NCBI GenBank assembly: GCA_965237905.1 | Contig: OZ250172.1 | Span: forward strand, 1,824,001-1,888,000 | Length of the DNA stretch: 64,000 nucleotides | Source: Nitrospinaceae bacterium | GTDB lineage: Bacteria; Nitrospinota; Nitrospinia; Nitrospinales; Nitrospinaceae | Direction of reading: 5' to 3' | Part shown: positions 21,431 through 31,527 of the stretch, piece by piece | Position numbering within the stretch: position 1 is the stretch's first letter | Layout of the letters: each line of letters begins with the position of its first letter | Position numbers and translations under genes: made by a program | The notes under the pieces: model-generated | Told to the model about the DNA's origin: nothing | Databases searched by the model: none | Seen by the model: only the letters and a program-made list of their open reading frames with translations

Positions 21431-24400
21431 ATGAATGATTCAAATAAATTAGAATCGTGGCTGTTCAAAAACAAGCCCTGGAATGATGAGATTGAAGCCG
21501 CATTGGCCGAGGGCGGCTTTGAACAGCCGGGAAATGCCTGGCGGATTTTAATCGCGTTAAGCCGGCAGAGCGATTTCGTTAAATTGTATCCACAGTTTTT
21601 TTCTTCTTTTTTAAATGATTTGTCTCAATCGTACAACGCGGATATTGCGCTCAATAATTTTGAGCGGCTGACCCAGGAAATTCTGGACAAGGATCATCTG
21701 TATTCCCAATTGTCCGGCTCGCCCTTCCTGTTAAAAGCGCTGACCGTGCTCTTCTCCGGGAGCCAGATGTTGACCGACGCTCTTCTAAGCAATCCTTCTT
21801 ATGTGGATTGGTTGAGCGATCCGGATACCCTGACCAAACAGAAAACCCGGGATGTATTGTACCGTGATTTTTACGAGCTGGCGGGTACGCATGAGTTGAC
21901 CGATCAAACCCCGTCCCTCCTGAGAAAATTTAAAAAACGGGAATACATCCGACTGGGTTTGAGGGATTTGATGAGCCTGGTGAGTTTGCGCGAAAATGTC
22001 GAGGGCCTGTCGGACTTGGCCGATGTTTGCCTGCAGGTGGCTTACGAATATTCGATTAAAATCCTCAAAGAGAGATACGGCACGCCCATGTTTACCGACG
22101 CGGCCGACCAGATCCGCGAATCGGAATTTGCCATCCTGTCCATGGGCAAGCTGGGCGGACGGGAACTCAACTACAGCTCCGATATCGACTTGATCTACAT
22201 CTACACCTCCAGCGTGGGAGAGACCCAGACGGGCAACGGGCAGACCACCCTCAGCAATCATGAATTCCACACCAAGCTGGGACAATCGATTACCAAAACT
22301 CTCCACGACATCACCTCGGACGGCAATGTGTTTCGCGTCGATCTCGATCTCCGGCCGGATGGGAAAAGCGGGGATCTAGTCAACTCCCTGACCAGTTGCG
22401 AGACGTATTACGAGTCCTGGGGGCGCACCTGGGAGCGGCAGGCGCTCATTAAAGCGCGGGTTTCTGCCGGAAGCCAGGCTCTGGGCACGGAATTTTTAAC
22501 CATGATCCGGCCGTTTGTTTACCGCAGAAGCCTGGACTTCAACGCCATCGAGGAAGTCAAGTCGCTGAAAAAAAAAGTGGACCTTCATTTAAAACAGAAT
22601 CAATTGGAGAAGGGACACATCAAATTGGGTTTTGGCGGCATCCGGGAAGTGGAATTCATTGTACAGTCCTATCAATTGTTGTTCGGCGGCCGCGACCAGA
22701 GTTTGCGGGATCCCAATACCTCATCTTTGATAAAAAAATTGAGAGACCGCGAATTTCTGACGGATGAGGAATATGAAAAGCTCCGCGACGCCTACATCTT
22801 CCTGCGTAACTTGGAAAACCGGGTACAGATTTCTTTTGGCCTGCAAACCTATCACCTGCCGAAGGACGAAAAGAACCTCGCGATCCTGGCGAGAAAAATG
22901 GGATTTCAGGGGGACACCTATCCGGAATTGGTCGAGCAGTTGAACCAGGAGTTCGAGCGGCATACGCAATTTGTGGGAAATATGTACGCCAACCTCTTTT
23001 CCGAAGACGAAGATCAACAGGCGGCGGGTCATACCGCCCGGCAATGGGCCACCCAACGGGAGCTGGAGGGACGGTTTTCGGAAGATACCCTGAAAGCATA
23101 TCCTTTCAGGAATTCCAAACGTACCTTCAAATTTTTTAAAACGCTCCGTGATGGACCGGAGTTGTCTCACGCCAGCGAAAAAAGTATCCAAACCTTTTAT
23201 GCGGTTTTACCCACACTGCTGGACCTGTGCCGCAAGGTTCCCGACCCGGATGCCGCGGTGGATTATCTGGTGCGCTTTATCGAGGCCAGTCACGCCCGCG
23301 AAACCTATTTGACCATTTTTCATGACAATCATAAATTTCTGGAGATTCTTCTAATTCTGTTCGGCTCCAGCAAGGTGTTGTCCACTTTGCTGATCAAACA
23401 GCCGAACCTGATCGATGTCATTTCCAACCAGGAATCGCTGTATCTTTATAAAACTCCGGCGATGATGTTGGAGGAATTAAATGCCCGCCTATCGGCGGTT
23501 TCGGAACACTCCGAAAAAAATATCTGCCTCCGGCAATTCAAGCAGAGCGAGGAGCTTCGCATTGGATTAAGGTTCATGATTCATGAAACGGATGTACCGG
23601 GTACGCTGGCGGATTTGTCGCACTTGGCCGATATTTATCTGCAAACCGTTTATCAACTGGCGCGGGAGGAAATAGGGCAGCCTGAGGGTCACGTCAATCT
23701 GCCGGACAAATTTGCCATTATCGGACTGGGAAAACTGGGCGGACAGGAAATCAACTTCGGTTCGGACTTGGATCTGGTCTTCGTATATCAGGAAGACACT
23801 GCCGAAAAGGAAGCGTCGCATTCAGAAGATTTGATTTCCATTTATGTATCCCTCGCGCAGAAGATTTTTCAATTAACTTCCATGATGGCTCCGGTGCCTC
23901 CGCCCTACGAAATTGATACCGATTTGCGCCCCGAAGGAAGTCGGGGAGCGCTGGTGCTGTCCCTTCAAGGCTACGAGGATTATTTCAATACACGGGGAAA
24001 AATATGGGAGCAACAGGCCATGACGCGGGCCCGCTTCATCGCCGGGTCTCCTGAAGTGGGTAAAAAATTCATCCAACTGGCTCACAACTTCACCTACCGG
24101 TCCAAGCTGGAATACGGTTCGCTGATCGAAATTTCGCGCTTGCGGGATCGCATGGAAACGGAATTGGCGCAGGAGTCGAAGAAAGGAATCAATGTGAAAC
24201 TGGGGGCGGGCGGATTGGCGGATATCGAGTTCTCGGTTCAGGTCTTGCAGTTGATGCACGGTTACCGAAACCCAAAATTAAGAAATGGCAACACTTTCGA
24301 GAACATTCAATTGTTATCGAACTACGGCATACTGGATCATCGCCAGGCTACGAACCTGGGGAAGCACTATCATTTTTTGAGAAACGTGGAGTGCGCTCTG

Positions 24401-24595
24401 CGCTTGATGTCAGAACAATATTCCAGCCATTTGCCGAGGGATGAGCAGGAATTGGCCGTTCTGGCCAGGCTGTTGGGTTATTCGGGTTCCTCAGAAGAGG
24501 CTCAGGCATTTATGGAAGATTATAAAAAGACCACCCAGGACGTCAGAAATTTTTACAAAGCCAACCTGGATATCCTGCTCCGTACGTCTCTTTAG
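21431..24595 (+). CDS. glnE: Glutamine synthetase adenylyltransferase/adenylyl-removing enzyme
   Basis: Two NT domains (MGKLGGRELNYSSDIDL; LGKLGGQEINFGSDLDL), LRPDG/LRPEG, WERQALIKAR, KLGxGG. Confidence 0.95.
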   Translation: MNDSNKLESWLFKNKPWNDEIEAALAEGGFEQPGNAWRILIALSRQSDFVKLYPQFFSSFLNDLSQSYNADIALNNFERLTQEILDKDHLYSQLSGSPFLLKALTVLFSGSQMLTDALLSNPSYVDWLSDPDTLTKQKTRDVLYRDFYELAGTHELTDQTPSLLRKFKKREYIRLGLRDLMSLVSLRENVEGLSDLADVCLQVAYEYSIKILKERYGTPMFTDAADQIRESEFAILSMGKLGGRELNYSSDIDLIYIYTSSVGETQTGNGQTTLSNHEFHTKLGQSITKTLHDITSDGNVFRVDLDLRPDGKSGDLVNSLTSCETYYESWGRTWERQALIKARVSAGSQALGTEFLTMIRPFVYRRSLDFNAIEEVKSLKKKVDLHLKQNQLEKGHIKLGFGGIREVEFIVQSYQLLFGGRDQSLRDPNTSSLIKKLRDREFLTDEEYEKLRDAYIFLRNLENRVQISFGLQTYHLPKDEKNLAILARKMGFQGDTYPELVEQLNQEFERHTQFVGNMYANLFSEDEDQQAAGHTARQWATQRELEGRFSEDTLKAYPFRNSKRTFKFFKTLRDGPELSHASEKSIQTFYAVLPTLLDLCRKVPDPDAAVDYLVRFIEASHARETYLTIFHDNHKFLEILLILFGSSKVLSTLLIKQPNLIDVISNQESLYLYKTPAMMLEELNARLSAVSEHSEKNICLRQFKQSEELRIGLRFMIHETDVPGTLADLSHLADIYLQTVYQLAREEIGQPEGHVNLPDKFAIIGLGKLGGQEINFGSDLDLVFVYQEDTAEKEASHSEDLISIYVSLAQKIFQLTSMMAPVPPPYEIDTDLRPEGSRGALVLSLQGYEDYFNTRGKIWEQQAMTRARFIAGSPEVGKKFIQLAHNFTYRSKLEYGSLIEISRLRDRMETELAQESKKGINVKLGAGGLADIEFSVQVLQLMHGYRNPKLRNGNTFENIQLLSNYGILDHRQATNLGKHYHFLRNVECALRLMSEQYSSHLPRDEQELAVLARLLGYSGSSEEAQAFMEDYKKTTQDVRNFYKANLDILLRTSL

Positions 24596-24631
24596 CAAAC
24601 AGATACGGCGGTCCGCTAGACCTAAATTCTG

Positions 24632-25070
24632 AATTGCGCTCAGAGATTCTCGGTTACCGTTACCGGTTAACCCGTTCCTCCTCCGGGGAGGAGGCGGCGA
24701 ACCGCCGCAGGTAATTAAAAACTTCAAATTGCGCTCAGAGATTCTCGGTTACCGTTACCGGTTAACCCGTTCCCCCTCCGGGGAGGAGGCGGCGAACCGC
24801 CGCAGGTAATTAAAACTTCAAATTGCGCTCAGAGATTCTCGGTTACCGTTACCGGTTAACCCGTCCCCCCTCCGGGGAGGAGGCGGCGAACCGCCGCAGG
24901 TAATTAAAACTTCAAATTGCGCTCAGGGATTCCCGGTTACCGTTACCGGTTAGCCAGTTCCCCCTCCGGGGAGGAGGCGGCGAACCGCCGCAGGTAATTA
25001 AAACTTCAAATTGCGCTCAGGGATTCTCGGTTACCGTTACCGGTTAGCCAGTTCCCCCTCCGGGGAGGAG
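24632..25070. repeat. Tandem array of ~94-bp hairpin-rich units (4 full + 1 partial)
   Basis: Units start at 24632, 24727, 24821, 24915 and 25009; near-identical, with no unique spacers. Confidence 0.95.
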
Positions 25071-26657
25071 TCAGGCCAGAGTGGTTTTGTTTTTGGGAAC
25101 GGCGCTCAGTTTGTAGAGGATGCTGTCGATCAACGCCTGCCAGCTGGCTTCGATGATATCCTCGGAAACGCCGACGGTACCCCATTTGGAATCGTGGTCG
25201 CCAGATTCCACCAGCACGCGGATTTTCGCCGTGGTGCCGCTTTTCTCGTCGAGGATGCGGACCTTGTAGTCGAACAGGCTCACCTCTTCCAGTTCCGGAT
25301 AGAACTTGGTCAGCGCTTTGCGGATGGCTTTGTCGAGGGCGTTGACGGGACCGTGCCCTTCGGCGGCGGTCACCTCCTGCACTCCGTTGACGCGGATTTT
25401 CACCGAGGCCTCCGCGAGCGGCGCTTCGTCCTCCTGCCGTTTCTCTACGATCACGCGGAACCCGATAAACTCGAAATGCTGTTCCCGCTCGCCCATCGCG
25501 TCGCGCATCAGCAGTTCAAACGAGGCTTCGGCGCCTTCGTACTGGTAGCCGAGTTTTTCAGATTCCTTCAGCTGGTTCAGCACTTCCTGGATTTTGGGAT
25601 CCTTCGAGTCGATGTCCATGCCGAATTCCTTGGCTTTTTGAAGGATACTGCTTTTACCCGACAAGTCGGACACCAGGATGCGTGTCTGGTTACCCACGAT
25701 TGAAGGGTCGACGTGCTCATAGGTCTCGCGATTTTTCTGCATGGCGCTGACGTGGATGCCGCCCTTGTGCGCGAACGCGCTTTTCCCGACATAAGGTTGA
25801 TGGTTCCAGTGCGCCTTGTTGGCTAGCTCGTCCACGAATGCGGATAAATTTTTCAGTCCTGTCATTTGCTCGTTGGAGATGCAGTCCATTCCCATTTTCA
25901 ATTTCAGATTGGGAATGACGGAAACCAGATTGCAGTTGCCGCACCGCTCGCCGTAACCGTTGATGGTGCCCTGCACCTGTCCGGCACCGGCTTCGACTGC
26001 GGTCAAAGCGTTGGCAACGCCCATTTCAGAATCGTTGTGTGTATGAATGCCGAGCGGGGTCTTGCAGGCTTTGCGTACCTCTTCGAAAATGGTTTTGATT
26101 TCCCAGGGCATCGTGCCACCGTTGGTGTCGCACAGCACCAGCCAGTCGGCCCCCGCCGATTCGGCTTCTTTCAATACTTTGAGAGCGTATTCCGGGTTAT
26201 TCTTATAGCCGTCAAAAAAATGCTCGGCGTCGAACATTACTTCCTTGACATATTTTTTCAGGAAGGACAGGCTGTCGGATACCATGCGCAGATTTTCATC
26301 GAGATTGGTGGACAGGGCTTCGCTCACATGCATGTCCCAGCTCTTCCCGAAGATGGTGACCACCGGGGTTTCCGCTTCCAGCAGACGTTTCAGGTTCGGG
26401 TCATTTTCTGTCTTGTGTTTGGGCGAACGGGTACTGCCGAACGCAACCAGCTTTCCTTGCTGAAAGGATTCCTTTTTGATCTTCTCGAAAAATTCGATGT
26501 CCTTGGGATTCGATCCCGGCCAGCCGCCTTCGATGTAGTGGATGCCGTTATCGTCCAGCTTGTGAGCGATGCGGATTTTATCCTCTACGGTGAAGGCGAT
26601 TTCTTCCGCCTGAGAACCGTCTCGTAAGGTTGTGTCGTATATTTTAATCGTTTTCAT
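25071..26657 (-). CDS. cimA: Citramalate synthase
   Basis: [51 protein letters not shown]. Confidence 0.9.
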   Translation of the reverse strand: MKTIKIYDTTLRDGSQAEEIAFTVEDKIRIAHKLDDNGIHYIEGGWPGSNPKDIEFFEKIKKESFQQGKLVAFGSTRSPKHKTENDPNLKRLLEAETPVVTIFGKSWDMHVSEALSTNLDENLRMVSDSLSFLKKYVKEVMFDAEHFFDGYKNNPEYALKVLKEAESAGADWLVLCDTNGGTMPWEIKTIFEEVRKACKTPLGIHTHNDSEMGVANALTAVEAGAGQVQGTINGYGERCGNCNLVSVIPNLKLKMGMDCISNEQMTGLKNLSAFVDELANKAHWNHQPYVGKSAFAHKGGIHVSAMQKNRETYEHVDPSIVGNQTRILVSDLSGKSSILQKAKEFGMDIDSKDPKIQEVLNQLKESEKLGYQYEGAEASFELLMRDAMGEREQHFEFIGFRVIVEKRQEDEAPLAEASVKIRVNGVQEVTAAEGHGPVNALDKAIRKALTKFYPELEEVSLFDYKVRILDEKSGTTAKIRVLVESGDHDSKWGTVGVSEDIIEASWQALIDSILYKLSAVPKNKTTLA

Positions 26658-26678
26658 ATCAATAAACGTGTTTTCTAA

Positions 26679-27950
26679 TCAAGTTGTGGGCGAGGCGTCG
26701 GTGGCCGGTTGCGACACCCGCTCCGGTTCCTCGTCCAGTTTGAATTCGTCATGCAAGGCGCGCACGGCCTGCTCGGTGCTTTTTGTATCGATGATACAGG
26801 ACACGCGGATTTCCGACGTGCTGATCATCATGATATTAATGCCTTCGTTGAACAGCGTACTGAAAATTCGCGCCGCCACGCCGGAATGACTGCGCATGCC
26901 CGCGCCGACGACGGAGATTTTAGAAATCTTCGAATCGGATGAAACGCTTTCGGCTTGTACTTCCGTGCCTTTTTTCTCCATGATTGACATGGCTTCCTTC
27001 AAATTCGTGGTGTGCAGAGTGAACGAAATATCCGTATGGCCCTCGGCACTCACGTTTTGGATGATCATGTCCACCGAAATGGAAGTCTCCGCCAGCGCGT
27101 TAAAAATTTTGGCGGCGATGCCCGGTTGATCCGGCACACCCTTGATCGTGACTTTCGATTGATCCTTGTCGTACATCACTCCGGACACGACCGGCTGTTC
27201 CATATCGGAATTCTCCTGACACACCCGGGTCCCCTCATCCGCCTCATCGAAGGTGGAGCGGACCACAAGCGGCATATTAAAATTATTGGCAAACTCGACG
27301 CATCGAATCTGCAGTACCTTGGCGCCCAGGCTGGCCATTTCCAGCATCTCTTCAAAGGATACCATATTCAGTTTGCGGGCGTTGGGCACCATACGCGGGT
27401 CGGCGGTATAGACCCCTTTGACATCGGTATAAATTTCGCATAAATCGGCGCCCAATGCCACTGCCAAAGCCACAGCGGAGGTGTCGGACCCGCCCCGGCC
27501 GAGAGTAGTCACATCCCCCATATCGTTGACACCCTGGAACCCGGCGCAGACCACGACGTGATTTGTCTTGAGGATGTCGGTCGCACGGCTGGCATTGATT
27601 GTCTTGATCCGGGCGCGGGTGTGGGTATCGTCGGTGACCAGGCCCATTTGCCGACCCGTCAATGCCACCGCCGGACAGCCCATGCCGTGCAGGGCGATGG
27701 ACAACAGGGCGCTGGAGATGCGTTCGCCCGAGGACAACAGGAGGTCGGTCTCCCGCCGTTCCGGAAGATCGGACAACTCGTGTGCCATAGCCAACAGCTT
27801 GTCGGTCTCCCCCGCCATGGCGGAGACTACCACCAGCACGTCCTTGCCGGCATCGCGGCTTTTCTTGATCCGCCGGGCCACACCTCGGATTTTTTCCACT
27901 GAGGCGACGGAGGTGCCGCCGTATTTTTGTACGATCAGGTTGCTACTCAT
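26679..27950 (-). CDS. lysC: Aspartate kinase
   Basis: [21 protein letters not shown], two ACT domains, ISTSEI. Confidence 0.95.
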   Translation of the reverse strand: MSSNLIVQKYGGTSVASVEKIRGVARRIKKSRDAGKDVLVVVSAMAGETDKLLAMAHELSDLPERRETDLLLSSGERISSALLSIALHGMGCPAVALTGRQMGLVTDDTHTRARIKTINASRATDILKTNHVVVCAGFQGVNDMGDVTTLGRGGSDTSAVALAVALGADLCEIYTDVKGVYTADPRMVPNARKLNMVSFEEMLEMASLGAKVLQIRCVEFANNFNMPLVVRSTFDEADEGTRVCQENSDMEQPVVSGVMYDKDQSKVTIKGVPDQPGIAAKIFNALAETSISVDMIIQNVSAEGHTDISFTLHTTNLKEAMSIMEKKGTEVQAESVSSDSKISKISVVGAGMRSHSGVAARIFSTLFNEGINIMMISTSEIRVSCIIDTKSTEQAVRALHDEFKLDEEPERVSQPATDASPTT

Positions 27951-29152
27951 AATTTTCCTTGCAGGTACGCTTCGATCAAAGCGGAACCGGATTTGAAATG
28001 CTCCGACCCGCTCAGCACCATCTCTTCGTTGAACCGTTCCACCTTGTCAGCCCCCTGAGCCGAAGGATAGGCCACGAAAGGAACGGGGTCTTTTGCATAC
28101 CGCATCAGGTTCACCGAGGTCATGTGGTTTTCCACCAACAGCAGGGTGACGTCTTTTTGTTGATCCACTGCATCCATCAGCGGGGCGACCACTTCGCGGT
28201 CGACATCTTCGATCGCTAATATTTTGTCGTCAATACTGCCAAGCAGTGAAGGAGTTTCCGCGGCGGCGACATGCAGAACCACTACGTCGTTATTCTCCAG
28301 TGCGTTCAAGGCGGCTGACACCTTGGCCTGGTAATCCGTATCGGGGAAACCGGTTGCGCCCGCAACCTCCGGCGTGTGCATCCCGGCGGCCTGGGCGATG
28401 CCTTTCATCAACAGGGAAGCGGTGATGACCGACGCCTGTTTTCCGAACCGGCCGGAAAATGCCGGTGGCCGATTCCGCTTGCCGTTACCGTTGCCCCAGA
28501 ACCAGACGCTGTTGACGACGTCCTCGCCGTTTTTGGCGCGCGCCTGGTTGAACGGATGATTGTGAAGAATAATCTGCGCCTGGTTCATCAGATAGACCAG
28601 TTTCCGGGACGCCTCACCCTGCGGCATGTGCTTGCGGATGCCCTCGCCCACCAACTCGTGCGGCGGCATCAGGCGGTCCGACAAAGCGGTATTCTTTATC
28701 ACCATCAGGTTGTGGTAGCCAGCCCCGGGATGAAACGTCACCTCGTCCGGAATCTGTTCCTGCAGAGCGCCCAACAGTAGTTGGCTATTATCTGTGGACA
28801 ACTGTCCGGCGGTAAAATCCTTAAGAATCATATCGTTGTGGCTGGATTGGAGCATGATGAAATCACAGCACAACGGCAGTTCATCGTCCTTCAGCTCCAC
28901 TCCCAGAGCCTCGGCCTCGAAACGCGCCGGGCCGAGGTTGTACTCCGCCGGGTCATAGCCCAGCAGGGAGAGATACGAAGTCCCGTTCTCCGCCGGCAGG
29001 TCCTCCGGTATCGTCTGGACCGACCCGCACCGGCCCTTGGCCGTCAACCGGTCCAGGTTCGGCGTGTCGGCCAATTGCAGGGGCGTCTGATTATCTTTTT
29101 CGGCAATAGGCTGATCGGTCAGCCCATTGCACAGTAGTACCATATATTTCAT
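27947..29152 (-). CDS. ApgM/cofactor-independent phosphoglycerate mutase family paralogue with a degenerate active site
   Basis: [39 protein letters not shown]; metal ligands and phospho-Ser position substituted. Confidence 0.8.
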   Translation of the reverse strand: MKYMVLLCNGLTDQPIAEKDNQTPLQLADTPNLDRLTAKGRCGSVQTIPEDLPAENGTSYLSLLGYDPAEYNLGPARFEAEALGVELKDDELPLCCDFIMLQSSHNDMILKDFTAGQLSTDNSQLLLGALQEQIPDEVTFHPGAGYHNLMVIKNTALSDRLMPPHELVGEGIRKHMPQGEASRKLVYLMNQAQIILHNHPFNQARAKNGEDVVNSVWFWGNGNGKRNRPPAFSGRFGKQASVITASLLMKGIAQAAGMHTPEVAGATGFPDTDYQAKVSAALNALENNDVVVLHVAAAETPSLLGSIDDKILAIEDVDREVVAPLMDAVDQQKDVTLLLVENHMTSVNLMRYAKDPVPFVAYPSAQGADKVERFNEEMVLSGSEHFKSGSALIEAYLQGKL

Positions 29153-29299
29153 AGTCTTAGGATCGGCTCAGGTTTGTGAACGGGGTGCTTAATGAATTAT
29201 ATCGTAATTTGGATGGAATTCCATGACCAAAGGCTTGAAAAACCTCATATTTTTGAGAAGAGGCAGCAATAAGGCTCAACTTGTTAAAGGAGCAAAGCC

Positions 29300-30037
29300 T
29301 TAGTTCTGAAAAGACCAATCAAGGATATAGCTGAGTTGAGATAAAGGATAAAGACAGGGAAGAATTAAAAACCAGATCATCGCTCTGGTTTTCTTCAAAT
29401 CAAACAATCCGGTAACAGCACGGTAACTGACAACTATGGACCAAATTGGAAAAATAACAAAGACTGGTGTCCAAAGCCAGAATTGGCTCACGGTAAACGT
29501 CTCAGAATATAGAGGATAGATCAAGCTATCAATCAACCCTATCAACACGGTGGGTAGTGCCCAAGCCAAAGAAACATACAGATAAACAAGACGGGTTTTT
29601 GCATCATCTGTTTTTTGAGCGCCTGACCAAGAGACTCGTATGTCGTACCATAGGCCCCCTATGAAACAGGTAATTCCTCCAAAGACAAATCCTATACTTA
29701 TTACTAGAATCCAATAAAAAAACCAGCTTTCAAAAAAACTACCAATCAGGCCATATTCATCTATGGGATAGCTCTTAACAAAAAACTTGGCCAGTGAATG
29801 CAGTATATTTCCATCACCTTCTTCATCATCTTCTTCTGCGATATTGGTTTCCAGACAAAGAGCCATTCCAAATATGGTCACGGCTAATAAGAAACTGCTG
29901 TTTTTTTCAAAAGAAAGGTCAGAAGCAAAAAATTGGCGAGGATGTGTGTATAAATTTTTGAGATGATTGAGCCGAAAAGGAGATTCTCCTGTTTTTGCCT
30001 CTGGAAGAATTTCTTTAGTGGTGTCTGAAAGTTCCAC
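29300..30037 (-). CDS. YIP1-like multipass membrane protein
   Basis: LYTHPRQFF N-terminal motif, about 5-6 hydrophobic helices, AT-rich, GTG start. Confidence 0.65.
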   Translation of the reverse strand: MELSDTTKEILPEAKTGESPFRLNHLKNLYTHPRQFFASDLSFEKNSSFLLAVTIFGMALCLETNIAEEDDEEGDGNILHSLAKFFVKSYPIDEYGLIGSFFESWFFYWILVISIGFVFGGITCFIGGLWYDIRVSWSGAQKTDDAKTRLVYLYVSLAWALPTVLIGLIDSLIYPLYSETFTVSQFWLWTPVFVIFPIWSIVVSYRAVTGLFDLKKTRAMIWFLILPCLYPLSQLSYILDWSFQN

Positions 30038-30119
30038 AGAAAATCCTATTTAGTTTAAGTGTTGCCTTCCGATTTAGATTTTATGGTAGATATATTCGGT
30101 AATCAATTGTTCTTGTCGC

Positions 30120-31427
30120 TCAACCAGTGTTCGTGATATCTGTTGGAGCTCCATCGGTGAAGGAGGCTGGGTGAGTGGCGGGCTGACTCGCCATATGCTG
30201 AGCGGCGATCCATCCGGTTGTCCAGGCATGTTGAAAGTTAAAGCCTCCTGTGACGCCGTCCACGTCCAATATTTCTCCTGCAAAATAAAGTCCCGGGCAC
30301 ACTTTGCTCTGCATGGTTTTGAAGTCTACTTCAGAAAGGGCGACTCCTCCGCATTCCACAAATTCGTCTTTATATCGATTCTGTCCCGAGATGTTCAGCG
30401 GTGAAGCTACCAGAGCATGGCAAATTTTGGAAAGTTCCTTTTTTGAGATTTTGGCCCACTGCTTGTCTCGATCAATAGAATATTTATCTAACAGATTCAG
30501 CCAGAAACGTTTAGGCAGGTTCTCGGGATAGATGTTTTTCAAATAACTTTTTGAATTTTCTTCCTTCAGGAGCTTCAATTGGTTTTCGACATCACTTGGT
30601 TTCTCCGTTCCCATCCAATTGACAATCAGAGTTCCGCTATATTTTGCTTGTTTCATTTCCCGCGCCGCCCAGGCGGAAAGTTTTAGAATGGCGGGACCAC
30701 TCAAGCCCCAGTGGGTGATCAGAACAGGACCTGTTTGCTTGAATATTTTTTTGCCGGCAAGCGCGAGCTTGAGTGTTGTATCTGAAAAACTCAAGCCTTG
30801 TAACCCTGAAATCAAAGAGTCCTTGATTTTAAAGCTGAATAAGGACGGAGCTAATTCTGAAATGGTATGTCCCAAAGATTCTGCAAGGCGGTAGCCGGAG
30901 GGAGCGCTTCCTGTCGTCACAAGAACTGCGTTTGCCGTAAACGATTCTTTATTGCGAATGTGCAGTTTCAGCTGGTGAGGCGCCAGGGGTTCAATCGCTT
31001 TTACAGTGCTATTCGGCATCAGTTTGATTTGAAATTGTTTTGCTAAACTAAGATAACAATCGACAATGGTTGCCGAGCTGTTGGTATCGGGAAACATTCG
31101 GCCATCCGCTTCCGTAACCAGCCGGACGCCCGCTTTTTTAAACCACTCTACGGTGTCTTTGGCCTGAAACTTTTGCATCGGGGAAAGCAGTTCGCGGGAT
31201 CCCCTTGGATAATTCTGGCAAAATAGTTTAACGTCAAAGCCATGATGAGTCACATTACAGCGACCCCCGCCTGAAATTTTGACTTTCTTCAAGTAGTGTC
31301 CCGATGATTCAAGAATTCGGATATCCAAGGACAAACCTTTTTGTTTGGCTAGCTGCGCCGCATTGATTGCCGAAAAAAATCCCGCAGCGCCCCCTCCAAT
31401 AATAGCGATAGATTTATTTGCACTCAT
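30120..31427 (-). CDS. HI0933/BaiN family NAD(P)/FAD-dependent oxidoreductase
   Basis: IIGGGAAG, KISGGGRCNVT, THWGLSGP, GEILDVDGVTGGFNFQ. Confidence 0.92.
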   Translation of the reverse strand: MSANKSIAIIGGGAAGFFSAINAAQLAKQKGLSLDIRILESSGHYLKKVKISGGGRCNVTHHGFDVKLFCQNYPRGSRELLSPMQKFQAKDTVEWFKKAGVRLVTEADGRMFPDTNSSATIVDCYLSLAKQFQIKLMPNSTVKAIEPLAPHQLKLHIRNKESFTANAVLVTTGSAPSGYRLAESLGHTISELAPSLFSFKIKDSLISGLQGLSFSDTTLKLALAGKKIFKQTGPVLITHWGLSGPAILKLSAWAAREMKQAKYSGTLIVNWMGTEKPSDVENQLKLLKEENSKSYLKNIYPENLPKRFWLNLLDKYSIDRDKQWAKISKKELSKICHALVASPLNISGQNRYKDEFVECGGVALSEVDFKTMQSKVCPGLYFAGEILDVDGVTGGFNFQHAWTTGWIAAQHMASQPATHPASFTDGAPTDITNTG

Positions 31428-31527
31428 TCCAGTTCCAAAGAGTATACATCTTCAGTATGATTTATAATTTTCAAGGGTTCAGAGTAGAAAAAAAGGTCAA
31501 GTCTCTTCTTGACCATAACTATCTTTC

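Noticed and set aside
24632..25070. CRISPR array
   Set aside because: Units are near-identical along their whole length with no unique spacers, and no cas genes are in the window
24491..25703. ORFs reading through the tandem repeat (24491-24727, 25011-25703)
   Set aside because: They are products of the repeat or of cimA antisense; a 94-nt period does not preserve frame
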